Position numbers and translations under genes: made by a program | NCBI GenBank assembly: GCA_965215565.1 | Contig: CBDCDZ010000004.1 | Location: 192,001 to 256,000 of the forward strand | Direction: 5' to 3' | DNA length: 64,000 nt | From: Trueperaceae bacterium | GTDB taxonomy: Bacteria; Deinococcota; Deinococci; Deinococcales; Trueperaceae | The notes under the pieces: generated by a model | Seen by the model: the letters and a program-made list of their open reading frames with translations, nothing else | Databases searched by the model: none | Told to the model about the DNA's origin: nothing | Shown here: positions 1 to 9,043 of the stretch, one piece after another | Numbering within the stretch: position 1 is the stretch's first letter | How the letters are laid out: each line of letters starts with the position of its first letter

Positions 1-615
1 TTCACGCGCCAGCTCGACGAGGAGTTCGTACACGGCTCTGGCGCTCTGGCGGTCCAAACTGCCGGTGGGCTCGTCCGCTAAGATGACGCCGGGGCGGTTG
101 TAGAGCGCGCGCGCCACCGCTACGCGCTGCCGCTCGCCGCCTGAGAGCTTTTTGGGCAAGAAGCGCATACGCTCCGAGAGCCCTACCCGGCTGAGCAAAT
201 CTCTACCCCTCGCCGCGTTCACCTCGCCGCCGATACGTCCTGGCAGCGTCACGTTTTCCAGCACGCTCAAATCTTCTAGCAAATAGTGTTGCTGGAAGAT
301 GAGCCCTATCTTGCGGGTGCGCAAGGAGGCGAGCACGCGCTGGTCCAGGGCGTGAACGGCTCTTTCGCCCCAATAAATCTCGCCCGACGTAGGTCTGTCC
401 AGACCGCCCAAAAGGTGCAAGAGCGTGCTTTTGCCCGAGCCTGAGGGTCCCAAAATGGCGACGACTTGTGCGGGCGCTAAGGTCAAGTTGACGCCCCTAA
501 GAATCTCGAGCCGCGCTTCGGGGGTGTCGAAAGCGCGGTGCACGTCTGAGCAGCGTAGCGGGGGCGGGCTCGTATGTTGAACGGACGCGCGTGGTGCTTG
601 AGGAGACACAGACAT
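1..615 (-). CDS. ABC transporter ATP-binding protein, LolD-like (3' end runs off the window)
   Basis: Manual minus-strand translation: Walker A AILGPSGSGKSTL, signature LSGGERQRVAVARAL, Walker B ILADEPTGSLD. ATG at 615 (in-frame GTG at 618). Confidence 0.88.
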   Translation of the reverse strand, partial: MSVSPQAPRASVQHTSPPPLRCSDVHRAFDTPEARLEILRGVNLTLAPAQVVAILGPSGSGKSTLLHLLGGLDRPTSGEIYWGERAVHALDQRVLASLRTRKIGLIFQQHYLLEDLSVLENVTLPGRIGGEVNAARGRDLLSRVGLSERMRFLPKKLSGGERQRVAVARALYNRPGVILADEPTGSLDRQSARAVYELLVELARE

Positions 616-823
616 CACGGACGTTAATATAACCACAGTTGTCCCAAACCCCTGTAACCGCGCACAGCGCTATGCTACGCTATGGGCTAATGATGTGTTC
701 TAGTAGCTATGACGACTTAGGGTGTAGACAGGGCGGGACAGTCGCATACGGTTTTTTCACCCATCCTTTAAGAGATAGGGCGCGGTATGTAGGCGCGCAA
801 CACCTCAAGGGAGTGAACGGCTG

Positions 824-1519
824 ATGGCGTCTCAGTTCACCCACTTTCTTTCGCAAGTCCCACTTTTCAAAGGTGCCCCCGAGCGCGCCCTGGAAATCGC
901 CGCTGAGTCCCTCCAGCCCAAGCGCATCGGCAAGGACGACATCTTGTTCCGCGAGGGCGACATGGGCGAGGTGCTCTACATCCTCGCCGAAGGGATGGTC
1001 AAGCTCTACAAAATTGACCTGGAGGGTCACGAGAAGACCTTGGCGGTCTTGAAGCCGCCCGAATTCTTCGGCGAGATGGCGCTTTTGGGCGAGCAAGGGC
1101 GCAGCGCCGCCGCTATCTCCATACGCGACACGCTCGTCTACATGCTCTTCAAGGACGACTTCAACAAGCTCATCGGCGAGTACCCGAGCATCAACTTGAA
1201 CGTGACCTATACGCTGGCGCAGCGCTTACGTGGCATGGGCGACGAGGCGCAGGTCTTGTCCTATAAGGACGCGCAAGGGCGCGTCGCTTACGTGCTTCTG
1301 CGGCTCTACCGGGGCGGCTTAATTGACTTCGCCGACGAAGGCACGGCGCTTTTGCGCCTCACCCATCAAGAGCTGGCGAGCTTAGCAGGTACGAGCCGCG
1401 AGACGGTGACGCGGGCGCTCAAAGCGTTGGAGGGCGAAGCGGTCATCAGCACGAAGCCGCGCGAGGTGTTCATTAACGATCCAGAGGGGCTCGAGGAGAT
1501 TTTGCACGGCGTCCGCTAG
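824..1519 (+). CDS. Crp/Fnr family transcriptional regulator
   Basis: cNMP-binding motifs (LFREGD, FFGEMALL..RSA) and HTH LTHQELASLAGTSRETVTRAL; SD AGGGAG upstream. Confidence 0.95.
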   Translation: MASQFTHFLSQVPLFKGAPERALEIAAESLQPKRIGKDDILFREGDMGEVLYILAEGMVKLYKIDLEGHEKTLAVLKPPEFFGEMALLGEQGRSAAAISIRDTLVYMLFKDDFNKLIGEYPSINLNVTYTLAQRLRGMGDEAQVLSYKDAQGRVAYVLLRLYRGGLIDFADEGTALLRLTHQELASLAGTSRETVTRALKALEGEAVISTKPREVFINDPEGLEEILHGVR

Positions 1520-1562
1520 ACCCCTGCCCCCTGCGCCGACAGGCTTAGCGCACCTGCGCGTC

Positions 1563-2828
1563 ATGGAGCGCGCGGCGGCGTATCCTAATGGCGCGGTAAC
1601 CATGCTCCACGAGCGCTACGGTCCCGTGTTCGCCTTCGGCTTCGGCGCGCTGCGCTTCACCTGGCTCATCGGCGCGGACGCCAACCGCTTCATGCTGCAA
1701 GACGCCGCCGAGCACTTCACGCTGCGCCGCGCTTACCGCTTCTTGCAACCCATCACGGGCGACTACGCCCTCATCACCAGCGACGAGCCCGCGCACCTGC
1801 GCCGCCGCAGGCTGGTGCAGCCCGCGTTTCACCACAAGCGGCTCACTAGCGTCGTCCAACTGATCGACAGGCATCTGAACGACCTCTTGACGTCGCTCCC
1901 TTTGGGGCGACCTTTCGACCTCTACGGCGCGGTGCGCCCGAGCATCTTGCGCGTCATCTGCGAGACGCTGTTGGGGCGCGAGACGCTGCAGCGCACACCC
2001 GACCTTGTGACGCACGTCGGCGCGATGATGGCGTTCGCGAATCGCCCTTTCTTGGCGCAGCAATTTAGAGTTCCGCTGCCTGGAACGCCCTGGCAGCGTT
2101 TCGTGCGCTCGAGGCGCAGCGCGGACACGCTCCTCTTCGCGGAGATCGCGCGGCGGCGTGGCGCTGAGCCGACGGACGACGTCATCGGGATGCTTCTAGA
2201 GGCTAAGGACGAAGCGGGCGAGGGGCTCTCTGACCGGGAGGTGCGTGACCAAGCCGTGAGCCTCGTCTCGGCGGGCTTCGACACGACGAGCGCCGCGCTG
2301 AGTTGGGCGGTGTACGCACTTCTGACGCACCCCGACGTTCTAGGGCGTCTACGCGAAGAGGTCAGCGTACTAAAGGAACTGACGCTGGCGTCGCTCTCTC
2401 TTCCACACTTAGACCGCGTCGTCAAGGAGACGCTGCGGCTCTATCCGCCTGCGCCAGCGGGCTTGCGGCAAGCGGACAGAGACTTAGAGTACGCGGGCTA
2501 CGGGCTTAAAAAGGGAGAGCTGGTGGCGTTCTCGAGCCACCTCACCCACCGCCTAGCGCCCTACCGGGACCCGCTCACGTTCAACCCCGAACGCTGGAAC
2601 CCCCAAAGCGAAGCGGCTGACAAGCCGCCGCCCTTCGCCTATCTCCCCTTCGGCGGCGGTTCACGCTACTGCATCGGCGCGTCGCTCGCCACCACCATCC
2701 TTAAAGTAGGTCTCATCAGGCTGTTGCAGCGCTACGACGTCCGAGCCGCTTGGACCTCGCCCGTGCAGGAAACCGGCAACACCGTTCATCCTAAAAATGG
2801 CTTGTGGGTACGCCTCAGCGTTCGTTGA
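1563..2828 (+). CDS. Cytochrome P450 (true start possibly ACG at 1506)
   Basis: I-helix AGFDTTS, K-helix ETLR, PERW, heme motif PFGGGSRYCIG. Confidence 0.95.
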   Translation: MERAAAYPNGAVTMLHERYGPVFAFGFGALRFTWLIGADANRFMLQDAAEHFTLRRAYRFLQPITGDYALITSDEPAHLRRRRLVQPAFHHKRLTSVVQLIDRHLNDLLTSLPLGRPFDLYGAVRPSILRVICETLLGRETLQRTPDLVTHVGAMMAFANRPFLAQQFRVPLPGTPWQRFVRSRRSADTLLFAEIARRRGAEPTDDVIGMLLEAKDEAGEGLSDREVRDQAVSLVSAGFDTTSAALSWAVYALLTHPDVLGRLREEVSVLKELTLASLSLPHLDRVVKETLRLYPPAPAGLRQADRDLEYAGYGLKKGELVAFSSHLTHRLAPYRDPLTFNPERWNPQSEAADKPPPFAYLPFGGGSRYCIGASLATTILKVGLIRLLQRYDVRAAWTSPVQETGNTVHPKNGLWVRLSVR

Positions 2829-2876
2829 TACGAGTCTCATCGTCCTCCAAAATGCTGCTCGGTTGAGGTGCGTTTT

Positions 2877-3470
2877 CTATGCGCGCTTCGCCTCGATTCG
2901 TTTTTTCAAACGCGCTTTGACCTCAGCCCAGTCGCTATAAATAATTGAGAAGACCATCGTGTCGCGGACGTAGTCTCCTTTGGCGACGTGGTGCGCGCGC
3001 AGCGTTCCTTCGTACTGCGCGCCGAGCGCGCGGATCGCCCGCTGCGAGTGCGAATTGCGTGTGTCGGTGATGATGTGAACGCGCAAAAAGTTGAGCACCT
3101 CAAAGGCGTGTCGCAACATCAGGTACTTGCTCTCCACGTTGACGCTCGTGCCGTACACGTCGGGCGTCAGCCAGGTGAAGCCGAGTTCGGCGTTGCGGTG
3201 GCGCGGCGCGATGTCGGCGAAGCGGCTCGTGCCGACGATTTCGCCGCTCGGCTTATGGACGAGCGTAAAGGGATACGCCCGCCCCTGCTCACGCTCTTCA
3301 AAGGCGCGAGCGAAGTAAGCCTCAGCCTGTTCGTCCGTGACGGGCGTTGAGGTGTACCTAAACAGTTCGGGCGTCGCTTTGGCGATGGCCATGAGCGCCG
3401 GGATGTGCGCTTCGGCTAGGGGCTCGAGCCTCACGACGTCACCTTCTAGAACGAGCGGATGGGAGATCAT
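2877..3470 (-). CDS. GNAT family N-acetyltransferase (RimJ/RimL-like)
   Basis: LEGDVVRLEPL, AELGFTW, NxxSQRAIRALGAQYEGTLR motifs. Confidence 0.9.
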   Translation of the reverse strand: MISHPLVLEGDVVRLEPLAEAHIPALMAIAKATPELFRYTSTPVTDEQAEAYFARAFEEREQGRAYPFTLVHKPSGEIVGTSRFADIAPRHRNAELGFTWLTPDVYGTSVNVESKYLMLRHAFEVLNFLRVHIITDTRNSHSQRAIRALGAQYEGTLRAHHVAKGDYVRDTMVFSIIYSDWAEVKARLKKRIEAKRA

Positions 3471-3494
3471 GGGCTAGTCTAAAACATGGGCGTA

Positions 3495-3524
3495 GAGATA
3501 GCCAAAAGGGAGATAGCCAAAAGG
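3495..3524. repeat. 15-bp perfect tandem repeat GAGATAGCCAAAAGG x2
   Basis: Read directly in the intergenic gap. Confidence 0.85.
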
Positions 3525-3558
3525 CTGAACGAAAGCGTTGTAGGAGCAGTAAGCTAAA

Positions 3559-3611
3559 AGCAATGAGTCTAAAGAATTTCACTCATTGCTCATTGCTCGG
3601 TACTCATGGCT
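3559..3611. repeat. Heptamer-built (GAGCAAT/ATTGCTC) palindromic intergenic repeat, copy 1
   Basis: Stem AGCAATGAGT...ACTCATTGCT plus extra CATTGCT units. Confidence 0.85.
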
Positions 3612-3616
3612 GCTTT

Positions 3617-4279
3617 TTACCTTACTTGCTCACGCACCTCCGTGATGACCGGCGTCGGCGCGCTGAAGTCCACGTGCATAGGCACAATTTCGGCGTGCTC
3701 GATCTGGCGCTGCTGACCCAACATGCTGGTGATGACGACGGCGTGCGACACGACGATGAGCGTCTGCATGTGCTGGTAGCGGCTCAACACGCCTAAGATA
3801 CGCTCGCGCACCTCTTCGACGCTCTCCCAACTGCGCGCGTCGGGGGGCGGCACCTCACGCTCGCGCACGGGCGTGCGGCGGTCCACTTGTGGGGCGCCGC
3901 TCGAGTCGCGGTTCATGCGCCTATCTGCGAAGGGGATAAAACCGGTGTAGTAACTGAGCTGCTTATTCGCTTCCTGCTGAATCTGCTCGTCCACGTCGCC
4001 CAAGGGGTCTTTTTGCGGCAGCCATTCGTGCAGATCATATTCGACGTAGAAGGGTTGGTTGAGCGAGCGGCTCAAAATACCGGCGGACTCCAGCGCGCGC
4101 GCATACGATGAGCAGAGGATTCCCTCGGCCTCCTCCAAGCGGTAGTCGTTGGCGATGACGCTGATCTGCATCCTGCCGAGCTGAGTCAGCGGCGCGAACG
4201 AGCGCGCCCAACCGCGCACACCCCGCGCTTCTAGAGCGTGCCAGTCCGTCTCGCCGTGACGGATAAAAAAAAGTTTCAC
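3617..4279 (-). CDS. Histidine phosphatase (phosphoglycerate mutase) family protein
   Basis: N-terminal FFIRHGET, SSYARALES and C-terminal IVVSH; start reassigned to GTG 4279. Confidence 0.88.
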   Translation of the reverse strand: MKLFFIRHGETDWHALEARGVRGWARSFAPLTQLGRMQISVIANDYRLEEAEGILCSSYARALESAGILSRSLNQPFYVEYDLHEWLPQKDPLGDVDEQIQQEANKQLSYYTGFIPFADRRMNRDSSGAPQVDRRTPVREREVPPPDARSWESVEEVRERILGVLSRYQHMQTLIVVSHAVVITSMLGQQRQIEHAEIVPMHVDFSAPTPVITEVREQVR

Positions 4280-4432
4280 ACCACTGCCTTTCGTGACCCT
4301 CTCGGGCACGCCGAGTCCACCCGGATGAGCGGCGCACGCGCATGAGAAAAAGTATAGACGTAGGTTAGCATCCAATTCACCCTCTAAGCTTAACGTGGCT
4401 TATAAGAACGCAGCTATGCGAAGTTTAACTTT

Positions 4433-4543
4433 TAGCAGGTATCATCTGGTCAGCTACACTCTCACTAAAAAGAACATCGCCTAGCACGCACGTTCAGGGA
4501 TGATATCTGCGGAGAAGTGTAGCAACGATAAGTGGAACTGCTA
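4433..4543 (+). mobile_element. MITE-like element, family A (TAGCAGGT...GGAACTGCTA)
   Basis: Terminal inverted repeats TAGCAG/CTGCTA; internal blocks shared with 5991-6189 and 18340-18493. Confidence 0.7.
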
Positions 4544-4715
4544 TTTATTCGTAGCAGGTTACTTCGTTCCGTCTCCTCTCGAAAGGAGCAGCCTACGCAA
4601 GGCTTTACTTCGCGGAGATAGCTTCGCTCAATCAAAGTCTAGTCTGCAGTCCATTTCAGTATGTTTCGGAACTTCTACCCGTGCAGGCGCACCAGAAACG
4701 CTCCTCTAGTTCATC

Positions 4716-4744
4716 TTGTGGAAGGCGTTCACATCCGCTACAAT
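4716..4744 (+). promoter_or_regulatory. Sigma70-type promoter TTGTGG-N17-TACAAT (upstream duplicate copy)
   Basis: Consensus match with 17-nt spacer. Confidence 0.55.
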
Positions 4745-4928
4745 AGTTCATGAATTTTACAGATGCAACAGTTACTTCGTTCCGTCTCCTCTCGAAAGGA
4801 GCAGCCTACGCAAGGCTTTACTTCGCGGAGATAGCTTCGCTCAATCAAAGTCTAGTCTGCAGTCCATTTCAGTATGTTTCGGAACTTCTACCCGTGCAGG
4901 CGCACCAGAAACGCTCCTCTAGTTCATC

Positions 4929-4957
4929 TTGTGGAAGGCGTTCACATCCGCTACAAT
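4929..4957 (+). promoter_or_regulatory. Sigma70-type promoter TTGTGG-N17-TACAAT for proline dehydrogenase
   Basis: Consensus match about 75 nt before GTG 5031. Confidence 0.6.
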
Positions 4958-5030
4958 AGTTCATGAATTTTACAGATGCAACAGATGCGCGCCCTTTACG
5001 CAACCCTTATCGCAACGTCAGGAGCGAGTT

Positions 5031-5960
5031 GTGAGTTTTGCCTCACTCTACAAGAGCGGCGTGTTAGGCGTCGCCGACGCGCCGCCCATATCGAACTTCA
5101 TCAAAAAACAGGGCTGGCGGTTGGGTGTCGGGCGCTTCGTCGCCGGAGAATCGCTGCCCGACGTGCTCGAGTCCGTGCGCGAGTTAGAGCGCAAAGACTT
5201 AGGAGCCATCCTCGACCTGTTAGGCGAATTCGTCGACACCGAAGAGGGCGCGGAAGCGATGACGAATGAGATTCTCGCTACGCTGGACGGGCTCGCTGAG
5301 CGAGAGGTCGAGCGCTACATGAGCGTGAAGCCAACCCAACTCGGGCTCGGCGTGAGCTTAGACCTCGCCGTCAAAAACGCCCGCCGCATCGCCGAAAGAG
5401 CGAGAGAAATAGACGCCGACATCTGTCTGGACATGGAGAACGTGACCTACGTCGACGGCACCTTAGACCTCTACCGCGCCCTCCACAAAGAGGGTTACCA
5501 CCACGTCTCCACCGTGCTGCAGAGCTACCTCTATAGGACGCTGGACGATCTTAAAAGCTTGCTCGAGCTAGACCCTAAGCCCACCGTTCGCGTCGTTAAA
5601 GGTGCATACTTAGAAGGTGAGGACGTCGCTTATCAAGACAAGACTGATGTGGATAAACAGCTCCGCGAGATGATCTACGTGGGGCTCGAGGGCGGCGCGA
5701 AGATAGGCATCGCCACCCACGACGAGGCGATCATCCGCGAGAGCGAGGCGTACGTTCGCGGCGCGGGGCTAGGACCGGAGCGCTACGAGTATCAGCTCCT
5801 CTACGGCGTTAAGCCCAACCTGCAAAAAGCCCTAGTTGAGCGCGGTCACATCGTGCGCATCTACATCCCTTACGGTGAAGACTGGTACGGCTACTTCAGC
5901 CGCCGCTTGGCGGAACGCCCAGCGAACATGCTTTTCATTGCGAAAGGGCTGTTAGGTTAA
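5031..5960 (+). CDS. Monofunctional proline dehydrogenase
   Basis: RFVAGE, SVKPTQLG, DME, VLQSYLYRT, RVVKGAY, IATHD, QLLYG, YIPYG..YGYFSRRLAERP; start GTG 5031 after SD AGGAG. Confidence 0.95.
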   Translation: MSFASLYKSGVLGVADAPPISNFIKKQGWRLGVGRFVAGESLPDVLESVRELERKDLGAILDLLGEFVDTEEGAEAMTNEILATLDGLAEREVERYMSVKPTQLGLGVSLDLAVKNARRIAERAREIDADICLDMENVTYVDGTLDLYRALHKEGYHHVSTVLQSYLYRTLDDLKSLLELDPKPTVRVVKGAYLEGEDVAYQDKTDVDKQLREMIYVGLEGGAKIGIATHDEAIIRESEAYVRGAGLGPERYEYQLLYGVKPNLQKALVERGHIVRIYIPYGEDWYGYFSRRLAERPANMLFIAKGLLG

Positions 5961-5990
5961 ATGTAGAAGAAAAGAGGTAGGTTGAGCAAA

Positions 5991-6189
5991 TAGCAGTTCC
6001 AAAACATACTGAGACGGATGAGCGCTTACGAAGTTTTGCCTCCGGCAAGGGTATCGTCCCTTAGAGTGCGTGCTAGTTACGCAGTTTTCCGCTTACGAAG
6101 TTTTTGCAAAGCAAAAGGAAACATTGTTTTGTGAAGTGAGAGTGTTGCTTCGCAAAACTTCGTACACTCTGACCAGATGATACCTGCTG
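5991..6189 (-). mobile_element. MITE-like element, family A (longest copy)
   Basis: Starts TAGCAGTTCC and ends GACCAGATGATACCTGCTG; reverse complement of the 4433 and 18340 copies. Confidence 0.7.
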
Positions 6190-6372
6190 AAAGTAGTCAG
6201 AGGTCAGAATTCAGTAGTCAGTGTAAAAGATGTTTACTGAGTTCTGACCCCTCTTCTTAGTGACCGTCTCTTTGCAATGTCTATACCCTGGTTTCTAACC
6301 TTTCATTCCTGTTAGGGTGTCGTTGCAAGCCGCAATAGGCACCTTATTTTATTCTTGTGGAGGAAAAACGAT

Positions 6373-7941
6373 ATGGAGAAACAAGTCGTCAATGACCTTT
6401 TCGAACCGTACAGCGTCGAGCCGTACTCGGACTTTACTCAGCCCGAGGTCGTAGAAAGTTACCAGAAAGCGCTCGCCGAGGTGCGTAACCAGCTTGGGCA
6501 AGACTATCCGCTTGTCATCGGTGGCGAGAAAATCGAGACGGGGGAGTGGCTCGAGTCCCACAACCCGAGTGACACAAAAGAGGTAGTCGGACGTACCGCC
6601 AAGGGCAAGAAAAAGCAGATCGAGAAGGCGATGGACACCGCCTGGGAGACGTTCGAATACTGGTCACAACTGCCAATGGCGCACCGCGCCAGAGCGCTTA
6701 TGAAACTCGCCGCCGTGATGCGCCGCCGCAAGTTTGAACTCTCCGCTTGGGAGACCTTTGAGGCGGCGAAAAACTACAAGGAAGCCGAAGCGGACGTCGC
6801 CGAAGCTATCGACTTCGTCGAGTACTACGCGCGGGAGTCGCTCAAGCTAGAAGGGCCGCTGCCCACCTATGACTACCCCGGCGAAGAGAACACCTCTTTC
6901 TACATCCCCATCGGCGTCGGCGTCGTCATCCCACCCTGGAACTTTTTGCTCGCTATCCTGACGGGTACAACGATTGGTCCCGTGGCTGTCGGCAACACTG
7001 TTATCCTCAAGCCCTCGCCCGACACCGTCATCATCGCGCAGAAATTCATGGAATGCGTCGAAGAGGCGGGCTTTCCGCCCGGCGTCATCAACCTCTTGAC
7101 GGGCGACGACGCCGAACTCGGCGACGCGCTCGTAGACCATCCGCGCACGCGCTTCATCAACTTTACGGGTTCGGTGGCGACGGGCCTGCGTATCAACGAA
7201 CGCGCCGCAAAGGTGCAACCCGGTCAGAAATGGATTAAGCGCGTTTGTTTGGAGATGGGCGGTAAAGACGCCCTCATCGTGGACGAAACCGCCGACTTGG
7301 ACTACGCCGCAGAGGTCGCGGCGGCGAGCGGTTACGGCTTTCAGGGTCAGAAGTGCTCCGCGATGAGCCGCCTCATCGTGGTGCAAGAGGTCTACGACGA
7401 ATTTTTAGAGAAGTTTATAGGGCGCGTCAAAGCGCTTAAAGTCGGTCCTGCCGAAGAGAACCCCGATGTCGCCGCCGTCATCAACCAAAAAGCGGTGGAT
7501 AAAATCATGAGCTACATCGACAACGGCAAGGTCGAGGCGAAGCTCGTAGCAGGGGGCGAACGTGGGGACGAAGCGGGTCACTTCGTCCAGCCCACCGTCT
7601 TCGCCGACGTACCCCAAAGCGCCTCCATCGCCTGTGAGGAAATCTTCGGTCCCGTCGTCTCGGTCATGAAAGCCAAGGACTTTGACCACGCTTTAGAGAT
7701 TGCCAACGCGACGGTTTACGGGCTCACGGGCGGCGTCATCAGCAAGAGCCGCGCACGCTTGGAGCAGGCGCGGCGGGAGTTTCAGGTCGGGAACCTCTAC
7801 TTTAATCGCAGCATCACCGGGGCGTTAGTCGGGATTCAGCCTTTTGGTGGGTATAAGCTCTCCGGGACGAACTCGAAGGCGGGGGGACCAGATTATCTGC
7901 GGCTGTTTTTGGAGATGAAGACGGTAGTTGAGCGGTTTTAA
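6373..7941 (+). CDS. pruA: L-glutamate gamma-semialdehyde (P5C) dehydrogenase
   Basis: ALDH motifs PWNF, FTGS, EMGGK, GQKCSA, EEIFGP, QPFGG; next to proline dehydrogenase; ATG 6373 after GGAGG. Confidence 0.93.
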   Translation: MEKQVVNDLFEPYSVEPYSDFTQPEVVESYQKALAEVRNQLGQDYPLVIGGEKIETGEWLESHNPSDTKEVVGRTAKGKKKQIEKAMDTAWETFEYWSQLPMAHRARALMKLAAVMRRRKFELSAWETFEAAKNYKEAEADVAEAIDFVEYYARESLKLEGPLPTYDYPGEENTSFYIPIGVGVVIPPWNFLLAILTGTTIGPVAVGNTVILKPSPDTVIIAQKFMECVEEAGFPPGVINLLTGDDAELGDALVDHPRTRFINFTGSVATGLRINERAAKVQPGQKWIKRVCLEMGGKDALIVDETADLDYAAEVAAASGYGFQGQKCSAMSRLIVVQEVYDEFLEKFIGRVKALKVGPAEENPDVAAVINQKAVDKIMSYIDNGKVEAKLVAGGERGDEAGHFVQPTVFADVPQSASIACEEIFGPVVSVMKAKDFDHALEIANATVYGLTGGVISKSRARLEQARREFQVGNLYFNRSITGALVGIQPFGGYKLSGTNSKAGGPDYLRLFLEMKTVVERF

Positions 7942-8032
7942 GAGTTTTAGAGGAGCGGCAGAGGCGAGAAGCACTGCGTCTCTGCCCTCTTTCATATTGC
8001 GATGAGATTGCACTTGTAACCGGGGTAGAGTA

Positions 8033-8695
8033 GTGAGTATTGACTATTTCAACAGTGGCGACGCTGTCGTTCACCGAGGCGTTTATAAAGGCAAAGTCTG
8101 GATTGCTCGAGCTGTAAGAGTCGTTGAGGATACGCTAACATGCACCAAACTCCTTCTTGCACCTGGAACGCTCTGTAAATTCTCGGCTGGACTTGTAGCT
8201 CGAAAGTACAGCAACGACTCTAAAAACGCGCCGCAAAGCCGCTGGGACGAACAAGAAACCGTAGACTGGCAACTTGTAGACCGAATTTGGCGAGAGAAGC
8301 GCTTTCTAATCCTTTTGCAACCCGGTCAATACTACTCTATTCAACTCTGTTGGCAGCACGATACCGGAAAGTTTCTCGGCTGGTACGTCAACTTCGAATT
8401 ACCCTTCACACGCAACCATATAGGTTTCGACACGCTCGACCTAGAACTTGACCTCATCATCAAACCAGACTTATCTCTCCACTGGAAAGACACCGATGAA
8501 TACTACGAGGGGGTTAGACGCGGCATTATCACATCCGACCAAATTTCAGGAATCGAAGAGGCTAAACAAGAAGTCTTCGATCTTATCAAGAGGAAAGTTG
8601 CACCCTTTGACGGAAGTTTGCTAACTTGGCGACCTCCTAATGACTGGTCCTTACCTACGCTTTCTCCAGGCTGGAACTCAACGCATGAAGATTGA
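8033..8695 (+). CDS. DUF402 (FomD-like) domain protein
   Basis: GWYVNFE..FDTLDLELDL..WKDTDEY motif; lower GC than flanks. Confidence 0.8.
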   Translation: MSIDYFNSGDAVVHRGVYKGKVWIARAVRVVEDTLTCTKLLLAPGTLCKFSAGLVARKYSNDSKNAPQSRWDEQETVDWQLVDRIWREKRFLILLQPGQYYSIQLCWQHDTGKFLGWYVNFELPFTRNHIGFDTLDLELDLIIKPDLSLHWKDTDEYYEGVRRGIITSDQISGIEEAKQEVFDLIKRKVAPFDGSLLTWRPPNDWSLPTLSPGWNSTHED

Positions 8696-8769
8696 TTCTA
8701 CTGCGAAATCTCGAGCCCTGAACTCGCCTCCAAAATATTGCATACTCTTTGTATCTACTTGGAGGTTTT

Positions 8770-9012
8770 ATGAAAACCAAAGTTCAAAAGTGGGGCAACA
8801 GTTTAGCTTTGCGCATCCCCAAATCGTTCGCCGCAGAGACGAAGATAGGGCCCGACACCGAAGTTGACTTGAGCTTAGTCGAGGGCAAGCTCGTCGTTAC
8901 ACCTCTCAAGAGGTCTAAGTATTCGCTCGAGCAACTCGTAGAGGGCATCACCGAAGAAAACACGCACGCCGAAGTAGATACAGGTGAACCCGTAGGCAAA
9001 GAGGTCTGGTGA
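8770..9012 (+). CDS. mazE: AbrB/MazE family antitoxin (no adjacent toxin)
   Basis: KVQKWGNSLALRIPK, YSLEQLV, GEPVGKEVW; SD GGAGG. Confidence 0.9.
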   Translation: MKTKVQKWGNSLALRIPKSFAAETKIGPDTEVDLSLVEGKLVVTPLKRSKYSLEQLVEGITEENTHAEVDTGEPVGKEVW

Positions 9013-9043
9013 TAAGCGGCTCGCTCGGTGTTCTCACATGAGG

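Larger units (their letters stand above)
4558..4983. repeat. Perfect tandem duplication, 2 x 213 bp
   Basis: 4558-4770 is identical to 4771-4983; the ORF track shows duplicated peptides. Confidence 0.97.

Noticed and set aside
4500..4959. Duplicated 68-69 aa ORFs and an N-terminal extension of proline dehydrogenase
   Set aside because: Products of the 213-bp duplication and MITE sequence; no SD or protein-like features
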